Shown one piece after another: positions 13,284 through 27,521 of a DNA stretch of 64,000 bases. The position numbers and the translations under genes were made by a program. The stretch covers positions 14,818,001 through 14,882,000 of the forward strand of contig OX597815.1 in NCBI GenBank assembly GCA_951406725.2. Direction: 5' to 3'. Position 1 is the stretch's first letter; each line of letters begins with the position of its first letter. The notes beneath the pieces are model-generated. The model had not been told where the DNA came from. It saw nothing but the letters and a program-made list of their open reading frames with translations, and made no database searches. Source of the stretch: Octopus vulgaris. Its lineage: Eukaryota.

Positions 13284-13676
13284 ACTCTTTTACTCTTTTA
13301 CTTGTTTCAGTCATGTGACTGTGACCATGCTAGAGCACCGCCTTTAGTCGAGTAAATCGACCCCAGGACTTATTCTTTGTAAGCCTAGTACTTATTCTAT
13401 CGGTCTCCTTTGCCGAACTGCTAAGTTACGGGGACGTAAACACACCATCATCGGTTGTCAAACGATGTTGGGGGGACAAACACAAACACATACACACACA
13501 TACATATATACGACAGGCTTCTTTCAGTTTCCGTCTACCAAATCCACTCGTAAGGCTTTGGTCGACCCCAGGCTATAGTAAAAAACACTTGCCCAAGGTG
13601 CCACGCAGTGGGACTGAACCCGGAACCATGTGGTTGGTAAGCAAGCTACTTACCACACAGCCACTCCTACGCCTAT
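13284..13676 (-). mobile_element. SINE group C
   Basis: Reverse-complement head ataggcgtaggagtggctgtgtggtaagtagc; tail ggcggtgctc.agcatgg..gaaacaagtaaaagag. Other copies at about 14480-14660, 18320-18650, 57650-58077, 63301-63700. Confidence 0.88.
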
Positions 13677-13913
13677 TATAAAAAAAATTTGTCTTTTATA
13701 CATTGCAAGTTAATGACTTCCATGTGCCTGATGAGATCCCATTTTATCTTAAGAACCATTACTATTTTTTGTATGTGGTTTGCAAGATTCTTTATGTGAA
13801 TTCGTGTGTTGAAGCATATTCTGTTGTGTCTGGGGAGAGTCATTCTCTTTTAGTGCCTTATTAATTTAACACACTCACCGGTCTGATTTCCACTTCTTTA
13901 CTTATTATTTTTT

Positions 13914-13952
13914 ACTAAAATTTTCGTTGCAACTTGTAACCTTTTCAATAGT
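13914..13952 (-). ncRNA. Minimal hammerhead candidate with U3:A8 core
   Basis: Reverse complement reads acta-TTGAAAA-g-gttac aagtt gcaac-GAAA-at-TT-tagt. Confidence 0.45.
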
Positions 13953-14654
13953 CGTTGATTCTGTCCGTTATCACGTATAATGTAATTACTACTATAAATA
14001 AACTTTAGTATATTAATTATGTTACCTCACCGTCCCCTAAAGCTTAGCGCTCCCTTAGAGGTGTGTAACCCACACTGAGAACCTCTGGTCTATACACTCC
14101 TCATGAGATGCCTTCATAGGTTGGATCTCCTGGATTTCAGCTGCTTAGAACTTTACATTATACTCCTCCGTATTGGATTACTATGCGAGCTGGCAGAATC
14201 GTTAGCACGTCGGGCGAAATGCTTTGCGGTATTTCGTCTGCCGTTACGTTGTGAGTTCAAATTCCACCGAGGTCGACTTTGCCTTTCATCCTTTCGGAGT
14301 CGATAAATTAAGTACCAGTTACGCACTGAGAGTCGATATAATCGACTTAATCCCTTTGTCTGTCCTTGTTTGTCCCTTCTATGTTTAGCCCCTTGTGGGT
14401 AATAAAGAAATAGGTATGGTTGCTGGATCCACTAGAGGCGCTTTTTGTCTTTGCCACAGGATTCTATAAATCCATATGTTGCATTACAAATGTGTGTGTG
14501 TGTGTGTGTGTGTGTAACAGATTTCTTTCAGTTTCCGTCGACCATATCTGTCCACAAGGCCTAGGTCGGCCTGGGGTTATAGTAGAAATACACTTGCTTC
14601 TTGCCACGCACTGGGACTGAACACGGAACCATTTGGTTGGGAAACATTTTCTTA

Positions 14655-14702
<48 letters not shown>

Positions 14703-15059
14703 TATATTTCTAACACAGACTATCAGTTTTTTTTACTAAACATATTTCGTCTCATATTGGAAATAACTGAAATTATTATTTTTTCCTTTTGTTATTGTTT
14801 TCATTATTACGTCGTTGTTTTTTTTCCCATCAATTTTTATTTTGTTCAGCTTCCAAAGAACAATAAAATAAAAGCCATTTATTTGTCCCTATCTTCTTGA
14901 CTGCAACAATGGAACCGCTCACGCCACCTTCATTCCAGCTCTATACGCTTCCCCATTTCTTTCTTTGCAATTCTGTCGCCAAAATTTTCTTTAAATTAGT
15001 TAACATACTACATAATATTATTTAATGAATTTTAGAGATTAGAAAAAAATTCTCTGATT

Positions 15060-15229
15060 TTATCATCGTATGAATGCGTATATATGTATATGTCTATGTA
15101 AATTTATAGTGTATATATATATGTATGTACGTCTGTATATCTTTGTGTGTGTGTGGTTCTCACTTTTTTTGTCTGAATATAATGAGTGTGTATGTGTATG
15201 TGTGTGTGTGTGTGTGTGCATGCATGCTT

Positions 15230-15268
<39 letters not shown>

Positions 15269-15348
15269 TTGTCAATAGGATAGGGTGCGAAATTTTAAGT
15301 ATCAATCACATTCAAACTTTTCCTTCCAGACATGCCCCAACACAAACC

Positions 15349-15417
<69 letters not shown>

Positions 15418-15637
15418 CTATACACACACACATACACACATAGAAACATACATGCATACATGAACATATATATATTCTCCCACCCCACCCGTATAAAAAT
15501 GGTCTGTTCACGGAAATAGAAATATCATTAAAAATATTTTTTTATTATGAGTGTTGTTGCTGTTATTATTAATAATGTCACACACACGAACACACACATA
15601 CACACACATTCACATACATTCACATACATATACATAC

Positions 15638-15695
<58 letters not shown>

Positions 15696-15804
15696 TCAAA
15701 CATATATATATATGCGTTCTATCTTATATACATACACATGCATTATAGCATATACATGGGTGTGCGCGTATGCATAGATAACTATTAAATATATACATAT
15801 TTAA

Positions 15805-15844
<40 letters not shown>

Positions 15845-15868
15845 ATACACACACCTGCATACATACAT

Positions 15869-15903
<35 letters not shown>

Positions 15904-15906
15904 CAT

Positions 15907-15955
<49 letters not shown>

Positions 15956-16673
15956 AATGGATTAAACATAAAAACTTAAAATTTGGTGATTTTGGCGTGT
16001 TTTGGCTTTATCTCACCTTAAATATTGCTAAATGTAGCGTACATTTGGGTTGAGAGAGAGAAAGACAGAGAAAGAGATAGCGACAGAGATAGAGACAGAG
16101 ACAGAGAGAGAGAGAGAAGAAATGAGGAGGGGGTGGCGTGGAGATGGAAGGTGAGAAGAAATAAAGAGAGAATAATCTGTGGCTTAAGGGGATGTAGGGG
16201 GGTGGAATGGTTAAGTGGGGGGAAAGGGAGAGGAGATTGGAAGAAGGGGTTGGAGTAAAAAAAAATGAAGAGAAAGATGCGATACAATTGTAAAATGATG
16301 TGTTAATGTTTGTCTCATCGTGTGTGTCTCTAAAGTGTTATTCGTGTCTTTGGATGGGTGTATATATGTAATGGTTTATACGTTTTTTTTCTCTGTGTGT
16401 TTCTATGTTCGTTGTGGATGTGTGTATACAATTGCGGTTGTCTAAGAATGGAATGAAGTTTCATATCCATGGTTTTTGTGTATTTGTGTGTATGCCATTG
16501 TATTTGAGTATGTGTGTGTGTATGTGTGTGTGTGTGTGTGTGAGTGTGTGTGTGTGTGTGTGTGTGAATGCATGTGTATTAATGTACGTGTATAAATTGT
16601 ATAAGTGTATGTGTATATGTGAATGTGAATGCATGTGTCTGAATGTATATGTGTGTGTGTTAATGCATTTATG

Positions 16674-16732
<59 letters not shown>

Positions 16733-16832
16733 TAATGTACGTGTATAAATTGTATAAGTGTGTGTGTATATGTGAATGTGAATGCATGTGTTTGAATGTG
16801 TGAGTATGTGTGTGCGTTAATGCATTTATGTG

Positions 16833-16909
<77 letters not shown>

Positions 16910-17169
16910 ATGTGAATGCATATGTATTAATGTATGTGTATAAATTGTATAAGTGTTTGTGTATATGTATATATGTGTGTGTATATATAGTCACACACAC
17001 ACACACTCACACACACACACATATATACACACATATATATATATATACACACACACATATATATATATGTGTGTGTGTATGTATATATATATATGTGTGT
17101 ATATATGTGTGTGTGAGTGTGTGTGTGTGACTACGTTTCTATGGATATGTATATATGCGTGTATATGTA

Positions 17170-17225
<56 letters not shown>

Positions 17226-17310
17226 GGAATAAGTGTGTGTATGTGTGCATATATGTGTAAGTATGAGTGTGTGTGTGTTTATGTATGTGTGTGTGTGTGT
17301 GTGTCTTTGC
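15060..17310. repeat. Compound (TA)n/(TG)n/(CA)n/(TACA)n microsatellite field, including a 3x degenerate unit gtattaatgtacgtgtataaattgtataagtg
   Basis: Directly visible. Confidence 0.9.
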
Positions 17311-17463
17311 TGAGAGTGTCTCGGTAATGTGTTGAAGTTGGTTATTTGTGAATAGAATGAGGTGATTAGTGGTCAGTGAAGTGGAACGGCTCAGATAAGA
17401 TGCCAAATGTATTTCCCATCAGGCTTTACTGTCCGATGCAATTTTCTCGGGATGTCATACATG

Positions 17464-17464
<1 letters not shown>

Positions 17465-17494
<30 letters not shown>

Positions 17495-17930
17495 CTTCTT
17501 CTTCTTCTTCTTCTTCTTCTTCTTCTTCTCTTTCGTCGTCTTCTTCTTCTTCTTCTTCTTCTTCTTCTTCTTCTTCTTCTTCTTCTTCTTCTTCTTCTTC
17601 TTCTTCTTCTTCTTCTTCTTCTTCTTCTTCTTCTTCTTCTTCTTCTTCTTCTTCTCTTTCGTCTTCTTCTTCTTCTTCTTTTTCTTCTTTTTTTTCTTCT
17701 TCTTCTTCTTCTTCTTCTTCTTCTTCTTTTCCTTCTTCTTTTTCTTCTTCTTCTTCTTCTTCTTCTTCTTCTTCTTCTTCTTCGTCTTCTTCTTCTTCCT
17801 AGTCGTCGTCTTCTTCTTTTTCTTCTTCTTCTTCTTGTCATCGTCATTCTCCTCCTCCTCCTGCTTATCCTCCTCCTCCTCCTCCTCCTCCTCCTCCTCA
17901 TCATCATCATCGTCGTCGTCGTCGTCATTA
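17465..17930. repeat. (TTC)n tract grading into (TCC)n/(TCA)n/(TCG)n
   Basis: Directly visible. Confidence 0.97.
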
Positions 17931-19009
17931 CCTTCATCCCCTCCTCCCATCCTCCCTTCTACCATAATTCCCTTCTCCTTCATCGTTTCTTCTTCATCAC
18001 CATTATCGGCGTCTTTCTCTCCTCCTCCTCCTTCTTGCTTGTTGCCTTTTTTTTCTTTCTTTTCCTGTAGCTTACATGTTTTCTTGTATATTGTGTATGA
18101 AGAGAGGCGGAGGCAGAAGAGGAAGGAAGTTGATAGAAAGCGCGTGGGAGAGAGAGAGGGGGAGGATACAAATGGGAAAAAGAGAATGCTACAGATCACC
18201 TGTGCGTGTATATTTGTGTGTGTGTGTGAGTATGTGTGTGTGTGTGTGTATGTGTGTGTGAGTGTGTGTGTGTGTATGTATGTGTGTGTGTGAGTGTGTG
18301 TATGTGTGTACATACATTTACAAGTGTGGTTGTGTGGTAAGAAGTTTATTTCCTAACCACACAATTCCGGGTTCAGTCCCACTGTTTGGCATCTTGGACA
18401 ATTGTCTTCTACCATAGCCTCGGGCTGACCTATGCCTTGGTGTATAAGTGAATGTGTGTGTGTGTGTGTGTGTGACCACCACTTACCAACCGCTGTTGAT
18501 GTGTTTACATCCCCTAACTTACCTGTTTGGCAAAAGAGACCGACAGAATAAATACCAGGTTTTCAAAAAAAAAAGTACTGGGGAAGATTCGTTCGATCAA
18601 AATTCTTCAAGGCGGTGCCCCAGCATGGCCACAGTCAAATGATTGAAACGTGTTGAAAAGAAGTTTTGACAAATAGAAAGGAAACGAGAGGAATGGTGGA
18701 AGGGGAAAGTGAAGAACGATTAAAGATGAGAGAGAGAGAGATATTGGAAAAGGGAAGAGAGTGTAAGAGAGAAGAAGAAGAAGGAGGGGCGTCCAAGGAT
18801 AAAGGTGAGACATGGCGTCAGAAAGCTGTGTGGTGGGTGGAGTAAGTTGAGGGAGGGAGGGGAGAAACAGTGAAAAGAAGGTGGAGCGAAGAAGGATAGG
18901 ATGTGGAAGGAGAGAAAAAGAGACTAAACAGAGAGAGGGGGAATGAAGGAGGAGTCAGTCAGTATGTTTGGAGAAAGATAAAGGGAGTGAGTTGATATAA
19001 AAGGAGGGA

Positions 19010-19050
<41 letters not shown>

Positions 19051-19279
19051 AAGGGATATTGAGGCGCAAAGGAATGATGAAATATTGAGGAAATAGAAGG
19101 AAAGAATGGAAGAAAGAAATTGAGAGAAGAGAAGGTGGCGAAGAGAGGAGAAAGAAAGAAAGAGAGAAGACTGAAAGAGTTAGAAAAAAAACGAAAGAAA
19201 ATTAAAAAAGGCATAATGAAGAAATAAAGAAATGATGAAGGAAACTAAAGAAAAAGAATGGCAGAAAAGATGAGCACAG

Positions 19280-19790
19280 AAGGTGAGACAGGTGAGGCAG
19301 GTGAGATGTTAATGAGGTGACATGTGAGAAGTTAATGATGAGACAGGTGAAAGGTTAATAGTGAGAGAGGTGGGAGGTTAATGATGAAACAGGTGATGAT
19401 GAAACAGGTTGATGATGACACAGGTGACATGTTAATGATGAGACGGGTGAAAGGTAAATGATGAGCGATGTGGGAGGTTAATGATGAGACAGGTGAGGTT
19501 AATGATGACACAGGTGATATGTTAATGATGAGACGGGTGAGAGGTAAATGATGAGAGAGTGGGAGGTTAATGATGAAACAGGTAAGAAGTTGATGATGAC
19601 ACAGGTGATATGTTAATGATGAGACGGGTGAGGAGTAAATGATGAGAGAGATGGGAGGTTAATGATGAGACGGGTAAGAAGTTGATGATGACACAGGTGA
19701 TATGTTAATGATGAGACGGGTGAGAGGTAAATGACGAGAGAGGTGGGAGGTTAATGATGAGACAGGTGAGGTTAATGATGAAATATGTGA
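19280..19790. repeat. About 23-bp minisatellite (gttaatgatgagacaggtgagag) with higher-order periodicity
   Basis: About 20 variant units; recurring order gatgacacaggtgatat / gagacgggtgagag / gagaggtgggag. Confidence 0.9.
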
Positions 19791-20336
19791 AAGCAAAAGA
19801 GACAGGTGGGAATAGGTGAACCAAGTAAGAACAGTAGGCACAGAAGAAAATATGTGTGAGAAAGAGGGATGAGAAAATGCACAAGAGGCACAAGAGGGAT
19901 GAGAAAATGCGAAACAGGTAAAAACAACAGGTAAAAAAAAACGTTAGAAAATGTGAGAAAATGTGAGAAAAGCAATAACATGGGAGACAGGTTACAAATT
20001 ACAAATGAAGCAAGCCTAAGGGCCAGGTGAGAATATGTGACTTGAGAGAACAAAAACATCTTGTACAAACTTCCCAAAGTCTTATGTGTAAGAGAGAGTT
20101 CACATGACAAGCAATGAGATGTAGAATCATTAGGATGGCCATACTGGAAAGTTTGTATGATTGTTGAGATAACAGCATTTAAAGGAAACTTTCATCTATA
20201 TATTAGTAAGATACGTTTGATAAACATGATGGCCCAGATATGCATAGTGTAAATATTTGATATATATACGTCCATGGGGCTAAGCCCTTTGTGGGTGCGA
20301 AACCATTGGTAACTTCATGACCGGACATAGACTTAA

Positions 20337-20414
<78 letters not shown>

Positions 20415-20451
20415 CTGTCAATGTAATATGTGACAATTATTCGGTAGTCAT

Positions 20452-20512
20452 GATAAAACTCCGAGTTTCGGATGCTGAGGTGGAAATCCACGCCGCCATC
20501 TCTTCAGTTATC
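20452..20512 (-). ncRNA. Type I hammerhead in a fold-back element (about 20413-21200)
   Basis: Reverse complement reads gataa-CTGAAGA-gatg..gtggatttccac..catc(c)-GAAA-ctcggag-TT-ttatc. Confidence 0.7.
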
Positions 20513-20725
20513 CGGCCATCGGAAGAATACTATGAAAAATGACCGTTATACAAAAGGAAATTACTGTGTGATTGACCGTTATTAAGACAAAAGAGGTATT
20601 TGAATGACCGCTAAGTAAGAGGAGGGAGTAAAGTAAGGGAGTAAAAAGGTTCATAGTATTCGCGTAAGCGCGCATGTTCATACCTACACATGCGCTTTAT
20701 CATGACTACCGAATAATTGTCACAT

Positions 20726-21109
20726 GATGGAAACACTCCGTCGGTTACGACGACGAGGGTTCCGGTTGATCCGAATCAACGGAACAGCCTGCTCGTGAAA
20801 TTAACGTGTAAGTGGTTGAGCACTCCACAGACACGCGTACCCTTAACGTAGTTCTCGGGGATATTCAGTGTGACACAGAGGGTGACAAGGTCGGCCCCTT
20901 GAAATACAGGTAGAACAGAAACAGGAAGTAAGAGTGAGAGAAAGTTGTGGTGAAAGAGTACAGCAGGGATCACCACCATCCCTGTCGGAGCCTCGTGGAA
21001 CTTTAGGTGTTTTCGCTCAATAAACACTCACAACGCCCGGTCTGGGAATCGAAACCGCGATCCTACGACCGCGAGTCCGCTGCCCTAACCACTGGGCCAT
21101 TGCGCCTCC
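20726..21109 (-). mobile_element. tRNA-derived SINE group B (head B1) inserted in the right arm of the fold-back element
   Basis: Reverse-complement head ggaggcgcaatggcccagtggttaggg..ggtttcgattccc (A and B boxes); TSD aattgtcacat/aatcgtcacat (20715-20725 and 21110-21120). Confidence 0.88.
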
Positions 21110-21852
21110 AATCGTCACATATTACATTTACAGATAAATTCCTCTATTTACATAATATCGAGGTCTCTTTCATTCTTTTGTCTTACTATTTCTATCAATA
21201 TATATATATATATAATCATAAAGAAGGCTGTAAGTAAATTTGACTAAAACAAATTTATTATTAAAGTCAAATTCTAATGGATTTTTTTTTTATCAGAAAT
21301 TGTTTTTTTTTTCACATTCTTTTGTCATTGAATTGCACAATTCAATCACAAAACTAATTTTTATTCACTCTGACTGCGTCATCTTACACTGGAAAATATC
21401 TTTTTAACGTCTCCGTTTTTATATATCTGGAAATATTGCCCAAACATTTGCAACGTGACTCTCTACAGACGTATCAGTATAAACATTTCTCCAGCTTAAT
21501 CCTCCAGCGTCAGCCAAATTATTTTGACTCTGGTAGTCTTTCATATTCGGTGGAAGCTTTTGAAGAAGAAAAGTGCTTTTAATTTACTTGTGTCAATTGT
21601 ACCAAGTATAAACTCATTTCATTTTCTTTCAAATAAGGTATTTGATTGTTTTGCTGAATGTTTCTAAAAAATAGCCATTATAGGAGACTGTTACAGTACT
21701 TAATAAGGACTGTAACATGAAACTTGTTATATTTCCCGTAGTTAATTCTTTTGCAGAGATCCCCAACCGATCGTGTTGTCGTACTTTATATGATGACTTG
21801 GAAGTATCATTCCTCATCTCTGTACATTTGTAATTGTGTGTTTATATAAGTT

Positions 21853-22404
21853 TTTATTTTTATTTATGCACCCTTTTCAAGCCTAGCCAGGCTCATGGGC
21901 CCGGTTTCCCGGTTTCTATGGCGTATGTGTTCCCCCTCCCCAGCTTGACGGGATGCAAGTCCATCGCAGCGTTACTCAAAAAACAGGAAGAAAGAGTGAG
22001 AGAAAGTTGGGGCGAAAGAGTACAACAAGGGTCGCCACCACCCCCTGCCGAGCCTCGTGGAGCTTTAGGTGTTTCGCTTAATAAACACATACAACGCCCG
22101 GTCTGAAAATCGAAACCGTGATCCTCCGACCGCGAGTCCGCTGCCCAAGCCACTGAGCCATTGCGCCTCCTAAAATAAATGTTCCTTCTCGAGCCATGCC
22201 GGGCTCAGTGGCGTAGAAATTCCCCACATGGACGGGACGCTGGTCCGTCGCAGCGTTACTCATTTTTGCCAGCTGAGTGGACTGGAGTAACGGGAAATTA
22301 AGTGTTTTGCTCAAGAACACAACGCATCGCCCGGTCCAGGAATCGAAACCGAAAACTTACGATCATGAGTTCAACACCCTAACCACTAAGTCACACGCCT
22401 CCAC
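21853..22404 (-). mobile_element. Two adjacent group B SINEs (heads B1 and B2)
   Basis: Heads end at about 22170 and 22404; flanking direct repeat gtttatataagtt (21840-21852 and 22405-22417). Other B2 copies at 24393-24645, 41380-41505, 43178-43430. Confidence 0.85.
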
Positions 22405-23334
22405 GTTTATATAAGTTACTAATGTTAAAATATACAAATATCGACGGAAAAGTAATGCGGAGCAAATAATGAGTTATATGTTTGAACCTACAGTAAGTTT
22501 TTCATTTTGATTTTTTTTCTAGTACACACTAGGTGTACAATCAAATTCACCATCATACAAAGTTAGAAAATCTTCTGATATGAATAGTCAATAAACTAAA
22601 GACTTTCACTTGGTTAAGTTAAGTCAACAATAATACCTGATCTTTTCATAGCTTCTAACACTGTCTTTGAGCGCTTGAGATTCTAAAATGAATTATTGAG
22701 CGAGTGAGTGAGTGTTATAAGACGAATAAGGGATACAAAGGGAAATTAGAGGTAACAGATCAGGGACATTAGAATAAATTGAGAAACAAAACTGGCAATA
22801 TTATTATACAATGACTAGCAGAAACCTGTCCGATTTTAAAGTATTCTTGGTCCCAAAGCCTTGGCGGATTAACCATTTTGTTGGACTATCCGTGGTTATG
22901 TAATAATAATTCAACACAGTTCTAACCTATTAATTGCACACCTTTAATTCGTCTAAAGAACCATGGACAGTTCTAGTTTATCTTGGATTGAGATGGATTG
23001 GTGTTTATGTTCGACTCTACCTCTGTCGCTCTACCACTGGCGCTCTCAGTACTCTAACCTATAGCAGTCATAGTGAAGGATAACTTAAAGCCAGATATGC
23101 AGGGAATCTCAAAATTTTGATGTTGCAATGCAGAGTAAGATAATGCAATTGAACAAGCTGGTCGAGTGGCTGCACAGATGCTTCCTCGTAATCTCGTGAT
23201 GGTCAATGTAATGATAGCGGCCTTGTGTCGTGGTGATTAATATAAGTTCTCCTTGGTGATCGGTGGTTGCAAAGGAGACGCCAAAGCTATCAAATCGCTT
23301 GACCAAGCATGAAAATACAATTATTGATATAGTG

Positions 23335-23457
23335 AGGTGGTGTTGGTGCTGGTGCTGGTGATGATGATGATGATGATGATGGTGGTGGTAGTCATGGTGG
23401 TGATGATGATGATGATGATGATGATGATGGTGGTGGTAGTCATGGTGGTGATGGTGG

Positions 23458-23488
<31 letters not shown>

Positions 23489-24185
23489 AGTGGTAGCGGT
23501 GGTAGTGAGTGGTGTTGATAGTGGCTGTGACGGTGGTGTAGTTGCGGTAATGGTAGTGCTGGTGGTGATGGTGGTGACGGTGTTGTTGTTGTTGTTGTTG
23601 GTGGTGGTGGTTGTGGTGGTGGTGATAGTGTTGATAGTGGTGATGGTGGTGGTGGTGGTGGTGGTTGTGTCGTGGTGATTAATATGATGATTGCTATTGT
23701 AGTGATGGTAACGGTCTGTTGTGATTGTTATTGTTGTTGTTTAACCCCCAGATCAGCCCTGATCCAACTGATCTGATCAAAGACATTCCAGTGATGACTA
23801 TTCCATTTTTTTTCCTATGTACTTCTGAGATAGTTGGGTGCCACTTCACACAGATTCCGTGGCTGTTTTTGCTCATACAATATGTCCAACTTAAAAAATT
23901 ACATTTTAATTTGAGAGATTTCACTGTCACTGTTCTGATGGTGGTGGCGGTGGTGGCGGTGGTGGTGGTGGTGGTGGTGGTGGCGGCGGCGGAAGCGGCT
24001 GTGGTGGTGGTGGCGGCGATGGTAGCAGTGGTGGCGGTGGTGGTGGTGGCGGTAGTGTAGGTGGTGGTGGTGGTGGTGGCGGTGGCGGTGGTGGTGGTGG
24101 TAGTGGTGGTGGTGGCGGCGGCGGCGGCGGTGGTGGTGGTGGTGGTGGTCGTCGTCGTCATCGTCGTCGTTGCCGTTGTCGTCGT
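23335..24185. repeat. (GGT)n/(GAT)n/(GGC)n trinucleotide tracts
   Basis: Directly visible; interrupted at about 23720-23935. Confidence 0.92.
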
Positions 24186-25488
24186 CTTCCTACAATTTGT
24201 GGTGTACTCTACCTACAAGATGGGGGCGATATAGAGTATGATGATAATTTAAGTGGTACTCTGTAGTCACACTCCTTTGCGATCCTATCTTCTCGTGCAA
24301 CTAGGATTTTGTGTGCGTGCGTGTGTTTTTATTTGGCCCTTTGTCAGCCCTGACTGAGCAAACTTATGCCCAGTTCCAATTTGTTCAAGAGGTGGAGGCG
24401 CGTGGCTTAGTGGTTAGGGTGTTGAACTCATGATCGTAAGGTTGTGGTTTCGATTCCTGGGCCGGGCGATGCGTTGTGTTCTTGAGCAAAACACTTCATT
24501 TTCACGTTGCTCCAGTCCACTCAGCTGGCAAAAATAAGTAATCCTGCGACGGACCGGCGTCCTATCCAGGGAGTTGGTGGATTTCTACGCCACCGAAACC
24601 GGGAAACCGGCCCTTATGAGCCTGGCATGGCTCGAGAAGGAACACCTATCTAGTTCAAATTTCCGCTAAGAGCTATCGCTTGCAATGTCTACCTTCTTTC
24701 GTATCAAAAGTTAATCGAATTCATTAACACGCACACACGCACACACACATATACACACACACACGCACATACACACACACACATATATATATTTCTTTAC
24801 TACCCACAAGGGGCTAAACACAGAGGGGACAAACAGAGACAGACAAACGGATTAAGTCGATTACATCGACCCCAGTACGTCACTGGTGCTTAATTTATCG
24901 ACCCCGAAAGGATGAAAGGCAAAGTCGACCTCGGCGGAATTTGAACTCACAACGTCGCAGCAGACGAAATACGGCTGCGCATTTCGCCCGACGTGCTAAC
25001 GTTCCTGCCAGCTCGCACACACACACACCTACAAACGCATGAGAATAACAAGAGCAGAAGTCAGGTAATCATGTGATAACTCTAGTTAATTTTAATTCCT
25101 AATCGCTGTTTTATTCATTAATATTACGCATATTGAACATGCACCAGAGCTTTGAAACGTAACAGGTCATTGTCCCTGCTATGGCTAAGCAGAAGTTGAC
25201 GATAGCGCACAAATTAAAAGAATATATGTGTGTATTTGTGTGTGTGTTACTATTTGTTACTATGTGTGAGTGTGTGTGTGCGCGTGTGTGTTCAGTTATG
25301 AATTAGAAGCAGTGCTAAGTGCTGTAAACATTATTAACTGCACATAATCAATGCAAGTGTTTTGCTTGTTCGCCGATGCGCTGCGACTTAGCGCGATGGG
25401 GATGACTCCTTCAAATCATTGAGTGTTAAAACACATTAAAGTCATAGACAGGCGCAAAACGTCACCCCTAGTCCTATTTAGGAGTGAT

Positions 25489-25588
25489 NNNNNNNNNNNN
25501 NNNNNNNNNNNNNNNNNNNNNNNNNNNNNNNNNNNNNNNNNNNNNNNNNNNNNNNNNNNNNNNNNNNNNNNNNNNNNNNNNNNNNNNN
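25489..25588. other. Assembly gap (100 N)
   Basis: Run of N. Confidence 1.
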
Positions 25589-26517
25589 CTGGTCGCCCCC
25601 TTCTGCCATTGATGAGGCATCTGTCTGTCAAGTTGAGGCTGCCATTTTGGAAGATCGACGCATAACTATTCGCCAAATAGCCCATGAGGTCAAGATTAGT
25701 ACCGGGTCTGTGGAAACTATCATTCATGACCATTTGCATATGCAAAAGGTGTCTGCCAGATGGATTCCCAGGTTGCTCACACATATCCAGAAGCAAGAAC
25801 GCATCGATTGCTCGAAGATGAATTTGGAGATGTGCCAAGAAGATGAGTCAAAATTTTTCAAAAGACTGATTGCATAGGATAAAACCTGGGTCCATCACTA
25901 TGATCCAGAGACCAAAGCCCAGTCAATGCAGCGGAAGCACCGTGACTCACCTCCTCCAAAGAAGGCAAGGGTGCAGCCCTCCGCTGGCAAGGTCATGCTT
26001 ACAGTCTTCTGGGACCAGGACGGAGTAGTGAAGACAGATTTCCTGGCAAAGGGTGCCACAATTACAGGAGTCTATTATGCTTCACTTTTGAGGAAATTGA
26101 GAGAAGCTATCAAAATCAAGAGACGGGGCAAGATCAGCAAAGGCATCCCCCTCCTGCAGGACAACGCTCCGATCCACAACTCGCGTGTCGCCAGATCAGA
26201 AGCACAGGCGTGCGGCTATGAACTCATCCCCCATACTCTCCTGACCTTGCACCCTCTGATTTTCCCAGCCATGAAGTTGTTTTTGAAAGGAAAGCGTTTC
26301 CCAGATGATGCAGCCTTGATTTCTGAAGTCACGTCGTGGTTGGAGGACCAAGCTGGGGTCTTCTACAAAAACGGTCTCCAGAGCTGCATCAAACGATGGG
26401 AGAAATGCGTAACTCTGGGTGGTTCCTATGTAGAAAAAGACTAATAACTGTTCCAAGTTTCGTTGCTCTACTGCTATGGGAAGTGGGTCAGGGGCATTAC
26501 TTATTGAACGCCCCTCG
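25589..26517 (+). mobile_element. Mariner (DD34D) transposon, 3' two-thirds, pseudogenised
   Basis: VSARWIPRLL, *DKTWVHHYDPE, VFWDQDGV, LLQDNAPIH, frameshifted PYSPDLAPSDF; right TIR ttattgaacgcccctcg|TA. Confidence 0.92.
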
Positions 26518-27296
26518 TAGTTCATAGTTCAATTTCTTACCGCGGTGCCGAGGGGAAAACGGCCCTTGGAAGATTATGCAAGCTGGAATAGTACCTTGCA
26601 CATTCCTGTTCTTCGAACGAGATAGAGGGCCTCTTTGCTATCATTTTGTGTATCTGTTCATCATTGAATTTTCAGCATCATAGGCATAATCCGTCGATGA
26701 GGATGACAAAAAAAAAACTCTGTATTAAGCGCATCAAGTGTGGAAAAAAAAGCCCATATCGAGAGTTTAATTCTTTCCCATACAAACAATCGTTAGACTT
26801 CATTGAAAATATTGTTCTCTACGTAATTGGCAAGGATGTTGGACAGCGTGGACAGCCAGATCCTGTGCAACTGAATTCGCAACTCTCAGTCGAGAGATTC
26901 TTTCGACACCCATGTCAAAACAAGGACTACAATTAGTACCCCCCATAAAAAAAGGCTTAGACAAAGATTAAGCAATAGATGGCATCTAATTTGAGAGTGG
27001 TTTTCCTTGATGTTTCTTATAGAACAACAGAACATTTTTGATCAACCAAATTTTAGGTTCACTAAGCAAAATGCTATTGTAGAAGAGGCCTGTTCAGGTG
27101 CTGCCTTAACTTTGCTCACAGGTGGCAGTACTACACTGCTCATTCTGCATTTAAGTTACTACTCGCCCATATATACAAGGACAGTCCTGTGTGCAATACT
27201 GGCTAAGATCTGGACAGCAAAAGCTTCTGGTATGGGATGAATGCGCGATGTTACACAGGCTTGCATTTGATTGAAACAAGTAAAAGCGTAAAGAGA

Positions 27297-27341
<45 letters not shown>

Positions 27342-27426
27342 TATGTATATACATACATGCATACATACATACATGCATACATACATACATATATATACAT
27401 AAATATACATATATACATATATATAC

Positions 27427-27521
<95 letters not shown>

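Noticed and set aside
17376-18313. Poly-F/S/K/R ORFs
   Set aside because: Products of the (TTC)n tract; no other coding evidence.
21360-21820. Minus-strand coding-like stretch
   Set aside because: Stop codons in the frames examined and no recognisable domain.
22440-22500. Candidate upstream non-coding exon of the SLC18 gene (donor gtaagt at about 22493)
   Set aside because: Only a donor-like motif, and it lies across an assembly gap from the gene.
20990-24470. tRNA genes
   Set aside because: The tRNA-like segments are SINE heads that continue into SINE bodies, some with TSDs.
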